64,000 nt of DNA, taken from assembly GCF_963921235.1 (NCBI RefSeq), contig NC_086097.1, positions 73,658,001-73,722,000 of the forward strand, given 5' to 3'. Shown one piece after another: positions 41,722-55,702 of this stretch (its first letter is position 1; each line of letters begins with the position of its first letter). Position numbers and translations under genes: made by a program. Under the pieces are notes generated by a model. It was not told the DNA's origin and ran no database searches. It saw only the letters and a list, made by a program, of their open reading frames with translations. Source of the DNA: Mobula hypostoma (Eukaryota).

Positions 41722-44700
41722 TCATGGTTTCCACAATGTGTGATATCAGCCCTCTGGGGGTAGTGGGAGTTTCTAAGGAGAAGATAAAGATAAAGGAGGT
41801 GGTGGGGGTGGTGTTGAGGGATTACAGACTATATTTAAGAAGTGAATTACCTATTATAAGCATTTGATCATCAGTGCCTCATAAATGATTACGTAATCAT
41901 ATCTCTTGTTAACCCCCATTCTCTTAGACTTTGCTCAAAGTGTGTTATAATTATTAAAAAAACAATGTGACACATAAGTATTTTGCATATCATGAGAAAT
42001 CTGAACTGAAGAAGTTGTGTTATTCCTGGATGCAGCCCACGCATCATTGTCATTATCTACGGTAGTATAGTGTTATCTGGTAAGATTGGCGCCGGATACG
42101 GTAGCCATGTTGCGAGATCCGTACCAACTTTACAGTGTACTGCTAATTTCTGCACTTTCCTTCACACTTCTTGTTCAAGAAGCGGATAGTCACATCGGAT
42201 ATAATCAACTGAACAGCGGGAAGACGGCATTTACCCACAATGTGCCGCCTTTCCTACACTGGGAATCCCTGCTTACACGATCCATAGGAGGCTCATTTAC
42301 TACACCGTCACTACCTCAGAAGTGGCGCCAGGAGCAAGGGAGAAGGTCCAGCGTCCTGCTGAGGTTGAGATAGCGTGCTAATCGGCCACCGCTCTTGGCT
42401 AATGTTCAGTCCCTGGACAACAAGCTGTGTGAACTGAGACCCAGAATCTCCTGCCAGCGGGAAACAAAGGAATGTGCTTCATGGAGACGTGGTTGATGGA
42501 GGAGATACCAGATCACGCCATCGAGACCTCTGGGTTCTCCCTGTTCCATGTGGACAGGTCTAAAAACCTCTCTGGGAAGAGTAAAGGAGGTGAGGTATGC
42601 TTCATGGTCAATAATGCTTGGTGCAACCCCCAGAATGTGCATACCCTTAAATCCTTTTGTTCCCTAAATCTGGAGTACTTGGTGCTGCTGTGTAGGCTCT
42701 TCTGGCTGCCTAGAGAATTCACAGCTGTTATTATCACAGCTGTGTATATTCTGCTACAGGCTGATACTGACCTGGTTCTCAAGGAACTGTAGGAGACCAT
42801 CAGCACCCTGGAGACAGCACACCCGCAGGCTGCTATCATTGTCACCGGAGACTCTCATCGAGCGTCACTGATTAAAGTCCCTCCGAAGTTTCATCAACAT
42901 ATCTAGGTGAGCACTCGGAGAAATAGCACACTTGACCACTGCTGCTCTCCCTTCCGCATCGCTTACAAAGCGCTCCTCCATCTACCAATTGGGAAGTCTG
43001 AACACTACTCCGTCCTGCTTTTGCCCGTGTACAGGCAGAACCTGAACCAAGAGGCAGCCACAGTTAAAACTTCCAGTTTTGGTCTGATCAATCGGTCTCC
43101 AAGTGATAGGACTGCTTTGTTGATGTCAGCTGGAATGTCTTTCATGACGAGGGTGTCTCCGAGTTCATGGAAGGGGTCATGAGCTTCATCCAGAAATGCA
43201 TCGAGGATGTTGTTCCCCAAAAATTGGTCAGGGTCTATCGAAACCAGAAACCCTGGATCAACAGTTCTGTGTGTGCTGCACTCACTATGCGAGACAGAGC
43301 ATTCACCACTGGTAACACCAGGAACTCAAGAAATGCAGCTATGATCTGCGTAAAGTCTTCAAGGCAGGGAAACAACAATACAGCGACAAGATCAAGACAC
43401 AACTCTCCACCAACAACACACGCCGCTTATGGCAGGGTCTGCACACCATCGCAGACTTCAAAGCTAAACACAGTGGTGCTGCCAACATCGTTGCCTCTCT
43501 CTCAGATGAGCTAAATCTTTTTTACGCTCAGTTCGATGTCACCAACACTGAGTGCCCAAGGAGAGCCGCTGAAGCGAGCCGCACCTTGGTCATCTCTGAG
43601 GCTGAAGTACGCAGGTGTTTCCAACGAGTGAAGAGCCACAAGGCTTCGGGACCGGCCGGCATCCCAGGATGATGCTCAGAGTGTGCACGGCACAACTGGT
43701 TGCTGTGTTTACAGACATTTTTAATCTCTCCCTCTCCCAGTGTAGAGTGCCGTCCTGCTTCAAAACATCCACCATTGTCCCTGTACTTGAAAATACCAAG
43801 GTAACATGTCTGAACAACTGACGTCCTGTCACACTCACCTCAATAATAAGCAAATGCTTTGAGAGGCTGGTCAAGGACTACATCTGCAGCATGCTGCCAC
43901 CCACACTGGACTCCCTACAGTTCGCCTACCAACACAACTGATCAACAGATGACGCAATAACCACAGCTCTGCATACCATCCATACACATCTGGAGAAGAG
44001 GGATGCCTATGTGAGAATGCTGCTTTTGGACTACAATTCAGCATTCAACACCATAATTCCCTCCAGGCTCGACAAGAAGCTCAGAGACCTCAGCCTTCAC
44101 CCTTCCTTGTGCAGCTAGATCCTGGACTTCCTGTCAGATCACCAGCATGTGGTAAGAGTGGGCTCCCTCATCTCTGCCTCTCTGGCCCTCAACACAGGAG
44201 CCCCCCAGATCTGTGTCCTAAGCCTCCTCCTTTGCTCCCTGTATACCCATGACTGTATCACCACCCACAGCTCCAATGTTAATTAAATTTGCTGATGATG
44301 CGCCATTGATTGGCCTTATCTCAAATAATAACAAAGCAGCCTACAGAGAAGAAGTCATCACCCTGACACAGTGGTGTCAAGAAAACAATCTCTCGTTCAA
44401 TGTTGCAAAAACAAAGGAGCTGATTATGGACTATAAGAGGAACGGAGACAGGCTCACCCCTATTGACATCAATAGATCTGCAGTTGGGAGGGTGAGTAGC
44501 TTCAAGTTCCCCAGTATACACATCACCGAGGATCTCACGTGGTCTGTACACACCAGCTGTGTGATGAAAAGGCACAACAGCACTTCTTTCACCTCAGACG
44601 GTTGAAGAAGTTCAACATGAGTCCCCAAATCCTAAGGACTGTTTACAGGGGCACAATTAAGAGCATCCTGACTGGCTGTATTACTCTTTGGTATGGGATC

Positions 44701-45765
44701 TGAACTTTCCTCAATCGCAGGACTCTGCAAAGAGTGGTGCGTACAGCCCAGCGCATCTATGGATGTGAACTTCCCACATTTACAGCAACAGGTGCATAAA
44801 AAGGGCCTGAAAGATCATTGGGGACCTGAGTCACCCCAAACACAAACTGTTCCAGTGGCTACTATTTGGGAAACGGTACTATAGCATTAAAGCCAGGACC
44901 AACAGGCTTCGGGACACCTTCTTCCACCAGGCCATCAGACTGATTAATTCATGCAGACACAATTGTATTTCTATGTTATATTGCTGTACATACTATTTAT
45001 TACAAATTACTATAACTTGCACATTACACATTCAGACGGAGACGTAATGCAAAGATTTTTACTCCTCACGTTTGTGAAAGATGTAAGGAATAAAGTCAAT
45101 TCAATTGAATTCCCTTCCTCCAATCATGCAGTGACACAGTTCCTGTGAATTAGGGTATGGTATTGGATTCAATGAGTTAAAGTTCAGAATCTGCCTTTTC
45201 AAATTGTCTTGACCACATTTTTCTAGTCCACGGCCAACTAAGGTATTGCTGCCTCACTTCATGTATCTTCAGGCAGGCTGTGGGCTAGAGAAATGTGGTG
45301 AGCTGTGATGGCATCATAACTTTTCACTTTATTAACTGCAGTGCTTGAGGTTGGACTTAAACAATAGGCGATTGACAGCGGTCATTTATGCAGAATGAAA
45401 ATGGCAGAAACAGACCAAACGAAAAAGAAGTGTAGACAGTATAGTGTGGCGTATCCAAAATATTTTTTGCTGTATCCCAGCAGCAGCCAATGTGCCTGGT
45501 GTGTGAAAAGGTTTTTTCAAATGAGGTAATGAAACCATCCAGGCTCCTTGAACATTTGAAGAGAATACACTCTGATAAAGCAAACAAGAACTTGGCTTAA
45601 TTTTAGTCATTTTGTGAAAACTTTCAGAAACAAAAACACTTCTAAACAATTTTGCCAGCACTTCACAATGAAACAGTGATGGTTTGTGTGCTTTATAAAA
45701 TATTTTGTTGCTCACTGCTAATCCTGGAAAGCCTGATCCAATTTGAGAAGAGTGAAAACCATGCT
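41722..45765 (+). mobile_element. hAT (Charlie/Buster-like) DNA transposon remnant split by the Rex1/Babar LINE
   Basis: From 45401: MAETDQTKKKCRQYS...PMCLVCEKVFSNEVMKPSRLLEHLKRIH (BED-finger N-terminus); putative left end near 41722; 45112-45208 recurs at 63905-64000. Confidence 0.6.
42082..45110 (+). mobile_element. Near full-length Rex1/Babar LINE (APE and RT), decayed
   Basis: CFMETWL, GKSKGGEVC, TLDHC, NQKPWI, IKFADD; CpG-rich 5' end; (CAATT)n tail. Confidence 0.9.
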
Positions 45766-45859
45766 GAAAGTATGATTCAAGTGTTATTATTTTCAAGGGG
45801 GCTAGAAACAAATATGAAGGGTGAGTCAATATTTCAAAGAAAAGGCCATTCTGATCACC

Positions 45860-48800
45860 AACACCTTGCCCTTGTCTGCATTAAATTCCATCTGCCATTT
45901 TTCAGCCCATTTTGCCAGTTGATCCAGCTTCCCCTGCAAGCCATGATAGCCTTCTTCACTGTCTACTAAACCCCCATTCTTGGTGTTACCTGCAAATTTG
46001 CTGATCCAATTAACCACGTTATCATCCAGATTATTGATATAGATGACAAACAACAACATACCCAGCACCGGTCCCTACAGCACATCACTAGTCACAGTCC
46101 TCCAGTGAGAGAGGCAGCCATCTACTACCACACTGTGGCTTCTCCCACAAAGCCAATGTCTAATCCAAATTACTACGTCATCTTGACTGCCGAGCAACTG
46201 AACCTTGTCAAATCCCTTGCTAAAGTCCATGTAGTCAACATTCACTGCCTTGACTTCATCCACTTTCCTGGTAACTTCCTCAAAAAATGCTATAAGATTG
46301 GTTAGACGTGATCTATCATGCATAAAGCCATGCTGACTATTCTTAATCAGTTCACGTCTATCCAAATACTTATATATCCAGTCCCTTAGAATACCTTCCA
46401 ATAACATTCCCACAACTGATGTCAGACTCTCCAGCCTATAATTTCCAGGTTTATGTTTCGAACCTTTCTTAAATATCAGAACAACATATGATATCCTCCA
46501 ATCGTCTGGTACCTCTCCGGTTGCCAAGGATGTTTTAAATATCTCTGCTAGGGTCCCAGCAATTCAGCACTTGCCTCCCATAGGGCTGAGGGAATACATT
46601 GTCAAGCCCTGAAGATTTATCCACCCTGATTTGCCTCAGGACAGCAAACAACTCCTCTGTAATCTGTATAGGGTCCATGAAGTTGATGCTGCTTTGCCTC
46701 ACTTCAATAGACTCTGTGACTATCTCCTAAATAAATACAGATGCAAAAGAAATATTTAGAATCTCCCCCATCTGTTTTGGCTCCATACTTCAATTACCAT
46801 TCTGATCTTTCAGATGACTAATTTTACCCTTTGCAATTCTTTTTCTTTCAACATATCTGTAGAATCCTTTACAATTCTCCCTCACCTTGTCGGCCAGAAC
46901 AACTTCATGCCTTCTTTTAGCCCTCCTGATTTCTTACTTAAGTGTTCTCTGGCATTTCATATACTCTATAAACACCTCATTTGTTCTTACTGCCTATACC
47001 TGCTATGCACCTCCTTTTTTTCTTAACTAGGGCCTCAATATCTTGAAAATCAAGGTTCTCTACACTTGCTATCTTTACCTTTTATTCTGACAAATACATG
47101 CAATCTTTGTACTCTCAAAATTTCACATTTGAAGGCCTCCCACTTACCAAGTATACCTTTGCCAGAAAACAGCCTTTCCCAAACAATCCTTGCCAGATAA
47201 TTTCTGATACCATCAAAATCGGCCTTTCTCCAATTTAGAACCTCAACCCATGGACCGGACCTATCTTTTTGCATATTTACTCTGAAACTAATAGCATTGT
47301 GATCACTAGATGCAAAGTGTTCCCCTACACAAAATTCTGTCATGTGGCCTGTCTCATTCCCTAATAGCTGATGAAGTATCGCACACTCTCTTATTGGGAA
47401 TTCTACATCCTGATAAGGAAACTTCCCTGAACACATTTGACGTACTCTATCCCATCTAGTCCTTTTACAGTATGGGAGTCCCAGTCAGTATATGGAAAGT
47501 TAAAATTACCTACTGTAACAACCTTATGTTTCTTGCAACAGAGTGTGATCTCTCTACAAATTTGTTCCTCTAATTCCCTCAGAATGTTAGGTGGTCTGTA
47601 ATGTACTGTAGCCCCATTAACGTGATCATACCTTTCAAATTTCTCAGTCCACCCATACCGCCTCATTATAGGAGTTCTCCAGTCTGTCCTGATGGAGCAC
47701 TGCCATGATCTTTTTCCTGACTAGTAACGCCACCCCTCCTCCTTTAATCCCTCCCGCTCTGTCACGACTGGAATAACGGAAGCCAGGAATATTGAGCTGC
47801 CAGACCCGCCCATCCTGCAACCCAGTTTCACTAATGGCTATGATATCATAATTCCAGGTGTTGATCCATGCCCTGAGCTCATCAGCCTTTCCTACGATAC
47901 TTCTTGCATTAAAGTATATGCAGCTAAGGACACTAGTCGCACCATGTTCATCCTTTTGATTCCTGACTTTGTCTGAGGTCTTACCAACATCTGACTCCAC
48001 AACATCTCTACTAACTGTTCTGGTACTCTGGTTCCTGTGCCCCCTGCAACTCTAGTTTAAACCCCACCGTGTAGCATTAGCAAACCTTCCCATTAGGGTA
48101 TTAGTCCCCTTCCAGTTCAGGTGCAAACCATCTCTTCTGTGCAGGTCTCAACTTCCCTGGAAGAGAGCCCAATAATCCAAAAATCTTATGCCCTCCCTCC
48201 TACACCAACACCTTAGCCATGTGTTAAACAGTGTAATCTTCCTATTTCTGGCCTCATTAGCAAGTAGCATTAGTATCCTGAGATCACAACCCTGGAGGTC
48301 CTGCCCTTTAATTTAGCACCTAAGTCCTCGAACTCCCTTTGCAGAACCTTGTCACTCTTCCTACCCATGTCATTGGTACCTACATGGACCGTAACCTCTG
48401 GCTGTTCACCCTCCTGCTTAAGAATTCTGAGGACTCAATCCAAAAGATGTCCCAGATCCTATCACTGAGGAGGTAACAACAATCAGAGAATCTCATTCTC
48501 ATCCTCAGAACCTCCTTTCTGTCCCCCTAGCTAATGATTCCCCTATCACCACAGCGTGCCACTTCTCCCTTCTCTTCTGAGTCACAGAGCCAGACTCAGT
48601 GCCAGAGACTGGACCGCTGTGACTTTCCTCTGCTAGGTCATCCTTCCCAATAGTATCCAAAGTGATATGCTTGTTTTGCGGGATTGCCACAGGAGTACTC
48701 TGCACTGGCTCTTTATCTCTTTTCCCTTCCTGACTATCACCCAGTTTCTTGTGCCCTGCACCTTGGGTGTAACTACCTCTCTATGTTGTCCTATCTATTA

Positions 48801-48935
48801 TCCCCTCAGCCTCCTGAATGATCCAGAGTTCACCCGGTTCCAGCTCCAACTCCTTAACATGGATTGCTAGAAGCTGCAGCTGGATGCACTTCTCGCAGTT
48901 GTAGTTGTCAGACACTGGAGATCTTCTTGCCTTCT
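45860..48935 (-). mobile_element. Decayed CR1 LINE (ORF1 remnant, APE, RT)
   Basis: YFNARSIVGKADEL, IIAISET, GGGVAL, YRPPN, SDHN, PGNYR, SQHGF, SKFAG. Confidence 0.9.
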
Positions 48936-48989
48936 CACAACTCGCAAGAGAGATTTTTTCTTCTCTGTGCTGTACGTTTATTTTTGTCT

Positions 48990-50650
48990 GCCCAACATGC
49001 TTCTTGTATGTGTCCTATTTGTTGCATTTTCTACAAGTTTTGCCTCTAAATTTGCATTGGTCTGGTGTATGTGATCTCCTACCACAATGGTAACACAATT
49101 TGTTCAGCCAGGCTGGTTTCTGTTTAGACATTGCAATTTTGTTCACACTCACTTTTATTCCTGACTGCAAATCAGTTGTCTCTCTGTGGTTTCCATTGCA
49201 ACAGCGGTTTTTAGGAGCTGTTTTTGAATGCTCTCTTGCAAGATTCCACAAACTAAACAGTCTCTCAGTACATCATTAATCCCCTTACTGAATTGACAAT
49301 GCTTGGTCAATCTTTTCAATTCAGCCACGTATACTGAAGTGGACTCCCCTTCTTTTTGATTCCACTTATGAAAGTAAAAGCATTCTGCAATCAACGATGA
49401 CTATGGTTCTAAATGTTCCTGCATTACTTTGACAATATCAGCAAAACATGTTTCTGCTTCTTTGCTTGGAGCAGTTAAACTTTGAAGCAAACTGTATGCC
49501 TTTAAATCCAATGCACTCAGCAAAATTGGTATTTGCTTCTCATTGGTTATTTCATTTGCTTCAAAATGCTGTTGAATTTGCTCAGAACATAATATCCAGT
49601 TATCTGTTGTGTAATCAACTGCATCAATCTTCCCGATGTTGCCAACCATTTCGGCTTTTTGTTTCAATTATTATCATCACCCGGTAGTATACTGACCAAT
49701 ACTAAACTAGGCATGACAACCCACCTCAGAGTACTGAAATGTTACATTTATCCGGTTATGCTGTATGGCTCAGAATGTTGGACAATATCTAGTAACATGA
49801 GGAAATGAAGCAGCAGAGATGTGGTTTTTGAAGAGGATGCAAAGAATATCATGGACAAAATGAGTATCTAATGAGGACGTCATGAACAGAGCAAACATAA
49901 GAAGAAATATAATGTATGAGTTCATGAAAAGGCAATGTAACTTCATTGGACATGTGATTAGGAAAGAGGAGTTAGAATGCATGGTAATTATGGGAAAGAT
50001 TGAAGGGAAGAAAGCAAGAGGAAAACAAAGACAAATGGTGATGGAGACAGCAGCCAGAGAACTGGAAATGAATACCAATGAATTGATCCATGTGACCCGA
50101 AACAGGAGTGTGTGGGCCATGGCAGTCAAAGCTCACACTGGGCATGGTACCTGATGATGATGATGATGATGATCACCCGGTACTCACTCTTTATAAACCG
50201 GTGAATTCTTCCATTTTCTGTCTTACTTTTTAAAATATGATTGTGTCTTCCCTTCCAAAGAACAGGTGCTGTGCTGCACTGTTTTTAAACAACCATCTCT
50301 GCACGTGCTGGCCTGTGTTTTCCACTCAGTGTTCCTCGCTACATTTGTTTTGTACTCAAACTTCTTCAACATGTCGATAGCTGTCTCAGATTCATTTTAG
50401 AAATACCTTGTCACCGCTGTTATGTTTTGTAACTTTAAAACATTCAACTACTTCAAAGGAAGTCACAGGTGTCCATAATGAGAGTCCAACTTCATTTTTA
50501 CTTTAAGTGAAAGATGCACATATCATGTGGTAGTGTGATGATGTATGCAATTCATATATTTACACATATAACCTATAATGAATTATTTAAATGAATTGGA
50601 ATGCTTCATCAACTATACACACACACACACATTACTGAAATATTAAAGAA
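48990..50650 (-). mobile_element. Gypsy-type LTR retrotransposon 5' part (LTR ~50418-50650, PBS, gag)
   Basis: gag peptides IGKIDA.D...NW....EQ..Q.FEANEI...AYSLL.SL.AP and QKEGES.S.YVAELKRL..HCQF; zinc knuckles CYHCG...H...C; PBS-like gcggtgacaagg next to the LTR terminus. Confidence 0.8.
49687..50171 (+). mobile_element. RTE-clade LINE 3' fragment with (GAT)n tail and 11-bp TSD, inside the Gypsy leader
   Basis: FIGHVIRKEELE...GKIEGK.ARG; ATCACCCGGTA at 49676-49686 and 50172-50182. Confidence 0.85.
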
Positions 50651-50661
50651 GACAAAAGAGC

Positions 50662-50820
50662 TGTCTTCCCCCTTCCTTTCCAGTCCTGAAGAAGGGACTC
50701 GGCTAGGAACATCATCTGTTTATTCATTTCCACAGATGCTGCCTGACTTGCTGAGCTCCTCCAGCATTTTGTGTGTGTTGCTTTGGATTTCTAGCATCTG
50801 CAGAATTTCTTGTGTTTGTA
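50662..50820 (+). mobile_element. Solo Penelope-like terminal repeat fragment
   Basis: cagtcctgaagaaggg...cagatgctgcctgacttgctgag...gcatctgcagaattt. Confidence 0.7.
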
Positions 50821-51785
50821 TTTAGTGGAGTTGTGTTTTCAGTGTTGTTGTCCAACTTCTTTCAAAGCATTGAAGCAGACTGCAAGTTACTGAATGTGGG
50901 GATCTAAGACTTCTGAGTGATGTTCAGCCTGATGTCAAAATGATATCAGCTGCACCAAGCCCATCCGTCTCATTGAGAGTGAAAAAGTAATGAAGTAGTG
51001 AATAGTTGGACTACTAATGTATGCTCTGAAATTGTTGATAAAATTTGTTTTTACTATAATTAAATAAGTAATTTTATTTGGAGCTTTAAATAGATTTGAA
51101 TAATTTTTGCAATTATTTGTCGCTGCTTTGAATTTGCTGTTCCTATGTTCTTTTCACTGTGCATCATAAATCAAAATCCTTTATAGTTTTTATGTAAGGG
51201 CCGGATAGGGAGGGGGAAATGCCTGGGTCTGGGAGCCAAGAGGGCAGTAGCCCAAAAATACTTGTGAACCACTGGTCAACTGGTCAATGCTTCTCAATTT
51301 TTGCTATCCAGTCTGCCTCTAACACCTCCTCTGGGCAGCATGCTCCATGTACCCACCAGTATCTGTATAAAACATCTTGTGAATGTTCTTTAAATTTTTC
51401 CCCTCTCACCTTAAACCATGCCCTCTATTATTTCACATTTTCATCCCGGAAAAAGACTATCTATCCTCTGCCAATACTCCTAACAGGCCTTTCTTTGATG
51501 TGGCTTGATTTGCACAGTATTTTTAGCATTCTTTGTTCTACTGACCTAACTTGATTGAATAGCTCATTTACAAGGACTGAATTTAATACTGTCTTCAAAC
51601 ATCTTTATCTTTGCAAAGAGCCTCTCCTTTTCTAAACCTATTGGATTAACTGAATCATATCTGTGTATCTGTGTACTAGGCCCCTTCCAAATCCCCTTTC
51701 TCGAAAGAGAGGTTTGAAGAATGACCCTCTCTTGTACCAGGTCAGAATAATATTCCCACTTTTTTACTTGATCATCATGGAAAGA

Positions 51786-52980
51786 TCAGAATCAGAATCA
51801 CAATTAGGTTTATTATCACCGGCATGTGTCGTGAAATCTGTTAACTTAGCAGCAGCAGTACAATGCAATACATGATAATATAGAAAGAAAATATAATAAT
51901 AAGTAAACCAATTACAGTAATTATATATGTACATTGAATAGATCAAAAAGTGCAAAATCAGAAATAATATATATTTTTAAAAAGTGAGGTAGTGTTCATG
52001 GGTTAAATGTCCATTTAAGAATCAAATGGCAGAGGGGAAGAGGCTGTTCCTGAAACACTGAGTGTGTACCTTCAGGCTTCTATACCTCCTACCATATGGT
52101 AACAATAAGAAGAGGGCATGTTCTAGGGAATGGGGGTCTTTAATAATTGATGCCATCTTTCTGAGACACTACTCCTTGAAGATATCTTGGATACTACAGA
52201 GGTTAGTACACAAGGTGGAGCTGACTAATTTTACAAATTTCATAGCTTCTTTCAGTGCTGTGCAGTACCACCCCCACCGCCCCATATCAGACAGTGATGC
52301 AGCCTGTCAGTCAGAAAGTTCTTCATGGTGCATCTATAGAAATTTTCAAGTGTTTCAATTGACAAACCAAATTTCTTCAAACTCCTAATAAAATATAGCT
52401 GCTGCTGCTGCTGTCTTGCCTTCTTTATAGCTGCATCAGTATGTTGGGACCAGGTTGGATCCTCAGATATCTTGACGCCCATGAGCTTGAAATTGCGAAC
52501 TTTCTCCACTTCTGATCCCTCTATGAGGATTGGTATGTGTTCCTTCGTCTTACCCTTCCTGAAGTCCTCAATCAGCTCGTTCGTCTTACTGACGTTGAGT
52601 GCCAGATTGTTGCTGTGACACCACTCAGCTAGCTAGTATACCTCACTCCTGTACACCCTCTCATCTCCATCTGTGATTCTACCAACAACTGTTGTATCAG
52701 CAAATTTATAGCTGCTATTTGAACCATACCTAGCCACACAGTCATGGGTATAGAGGGAGTAGAACAGTGAGCTTAGCAGACACCCCTGAGGTAGCCAGTG
52801 TTGTCAGCAAGGAGGAGATATTATCACCAATCTGCACAGATTGTGGTCTTTTGGTTAGAAAATCGAGGATACAATTTCAGAGGGAGGTACAGAGGCCCAG
52901 GTTCTGTAGCTTATCAATCAGAACTGTGGGAGTGATGGTGTTAAATGCTGAGCTATATTCAACGAAGACATCCTGACAGA
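51786..52980 (-). mobile_element. Rex1/Babar LINE 3' fragment
   Basis: EKVRNFKLMGVKISED.TWS.H; (TCAGAA)n tail; same subfamily as 7590-9578. Confidence 0.85.
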
Positions 52981-55483
52981 GGTGTTATAGCACTTAATCA
53001 AGAGCTTTTGCTAATTCATGAGTGGTGTCAAAATGGTGTTCTTCTACTCAACAGTTTTAAGCATGGTAATTACCTACAGTAAGATGCAGTTATGAAGTTT
53101 GTTAGGAATAAATTTGCATACATGAAAGTCAAGTTTACTGTCACTTGCACAAGTACATATCTACCCAAATGCCTTGCCTGATGTTAGTTATGAAAGGATG
53201 GTTTGACCCAGATAGTTAGGGTCTTTGATGACAAATGTTTCCTTCTTGAGGCAGTGTCCAGTGGATACTTCCAATCGTACTAATTAAAATGATACCAATT
53301 AAAAGACAGACTTGCATCCAGTTCACTCATTTCACTTAGATATTTCTCCAATATTTGATTTCATTTAAGGGCCTTAGATGCCGACATATCTGATTGTTGT
53401 CTCTGAACTTGAATTGAATTTTTTAACACTTTCATCCAAGATCTACGATAAAGATGGTCAGGTTTTACCTGATGAAGACCCCAGGAAAGGAATTAATACC
53501 ATATAAGATCAGTTCCTAGCCCAACTCAAAATCTGCACCCAATAGATGTGTGTATTTGGGACAGGTTTTGTGAGAAACCTTGTTAGTTGTCTTGTAAATC
53601 AAGACACTGCCTATGCTTCTGACCACTGATTAATACTTTCACAAGGTTTGACAAGGTTCAACAGACAGGATATTTTGTTCCAAAAGTCAGATTGAAACTC
53701 ATTTATAATCTTTCCTCTGTTAAGATGGCAACTTATTGTCCGTTTATTGCTTTTTTTTCTGATAAATTGCCCATAACTTAATGTTTGATGTTTCCCTTTT
53801 TAAATAAACACACCATGTAAAACTTTCTCCAGTTCAATGGACCGTTCTATACTCTAGTGATCTGTTAGACATTCAAAACTCACTTCAATTCAATGCACCA
53901 TTAGTAACAAAGCCTCTTATTTAAATGTGCAAAGCTGATGCAGAAGGTAGACTATGCTATTGTAAGGTGCTCACCTGGCAAGTCTGGGATCAGAGTAGGA
54001 TTGAGAGATTATGTCAGATGAGAGGCAGTAACTGGGCTGAGCTTCCAGCAGAGGTTAAGGATGGGGATCAAGCTGATACCTCAGTCAGGAGCTGTCGTGG
54101 AATGTGCAACAGGTGGAGCCAGAATCAGGGTGGGGGGTGGGATTGGGACGGAGAGGAGATTATTGGAGTCAGGGGTGAGGCTGATTGATGGGGAGCCTGA
54201 AGGAGAGGAAGTGAGTAAGGAAGGCTCCCTAAGGGTGTTTCCACTCCTGGGCTGAGTCCTGCCCAGAGACAAGTTTGCTCTGTGAGTGTCCACTGACAGG
54301 ATGCATCAGAACAGTGTGAGTTAGTTTAAGTGGAGGCAAAGATCATATTATCAGTGCTAATTAATTACATTGATGCAAATTACATGATCACATTAACTTG
54401 ACTCTTGGCAGGAATTGGTTTGCACTTCCAGATATTGTGCAATTCAATGTGGAATGCATCACAACTACACTCCAAGATTGAACTATTTTTCAAACACTAA
54501 TAAAAAGAGGAAAAATTTAACCATTCTTCAGAATCCCTAGGCTTAGATTGACCGCAGAGACTCTGCTGTATGTAGGTGTGCAAACTGTTTGAAAGGCTTG
54601 ATCATTCTTGGTATAAAATAACTTTATTCTGTACAATTTGCTCCTATTTCTACCCTCTGCATCAATAGAATAAAAGACAATGTACCTTCTCAAAATGACA
54701 GTGACATTTCAGTGAACTTTCACATAGTTTGATCTTGAAGATTTATAAGCCATAAGAACTGCATTCCAATGGCCTGAGTTCACTTCCCATGTAGGATCTG
54801 TGAGGTAGTAGGCAGAAAGAGATTTGTACCTGGGTAGAACTGGCTGGGAATCCCCTCCCTAAATTAAAGTGCTGTGGGGCTAATGTCTGATATTGCACTG
54901 CCCAATATAATAAAAGCCATAACCTCTGTCAGAAGGGGGAAAATTCTGCTAACATTGAAAACCACTATTTATTTAGAAAATAACGTACTTAAGAGTGCTT
55001 TAATAATACTGTATTGGAGTAAGATATATTATGTCATACTTTAATTCATGATCTTCCTCGGATGATATTATCTGTTTTCTGATGAGACATCACCTTTGGC
55101 CATAATCGCCCAGTTATTCCTCCTGTTGGATCTGGAGCAAATGAAACCTTTTAAAGATCTTAATTATATTAAGATTTCATGGAAACAATAAGATAGTTTT
55201 TTTTTTCATAAATTAGGATTTTGAGAACCATTGAAGGCACCATTTGGTATATTTGAAAGGATGGCCATTTATTAGAATATTAATCAGAAGTAATTTAGAA
55301 TAGATTTTATTCTGCTTAAAATGCCATATAAGAAATAAGGAAAAACCTACACCCCTTTGTTGAGATCAGAAGCACAAGGGAGAGTTCTGTGACTGCATTT
55401 TGAATTGTGTGATCCACAGTAATCTGGGAGATGATGTGGACAGATCACAGTTGAGGTGAAATATCTTTTTCACTGAACACTTT

Positions 55484-55702
55484 TCAGCAGAGAGCTTTGC
55501 TTGATCTCATATTCTCAGCACAGGATTTGCCCACGTTTGCACCTTTTAGAAGTATATCCGTGACCTGGTCCAGTCCAATGCATGTAGTCAGTGGTGAGAA
55601 AAACCCATAGAAGCCCCCAAAGAATATGCTGAGCGGCCAGCCAATGAAGAGCAACACAACGAGCCAGAAAAGCGACCAGGAAATCTCCCTGCAGCTGACC
55701 AT
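55484..55702 (-). CDS. Uncharacterised 72-aa membrane protein MVSCREISWSLFWLVVLLFIGWPLSIFFGGFYGFFSPLTTCIGLDQVTDILLKGANVGKSCAENMRSSKALC
   Basis: ATG at 55702 in accaacATGG context; strong acceptor ttttctgttttccttactgcag| with exon starting at 55747; AATAAA at 55306-55311 and 55268-55273; no repeat similarity; decayed paralogue at 37.2-37.5 kb. Confidence 0.75.
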   Translation of the reverse strand: MVSCREISWSLFWLVVLLFIGWPLSIFFGGFYGFFSPLTTCIGLDQVTDILLKGANVGKSCAENMRSSKALC

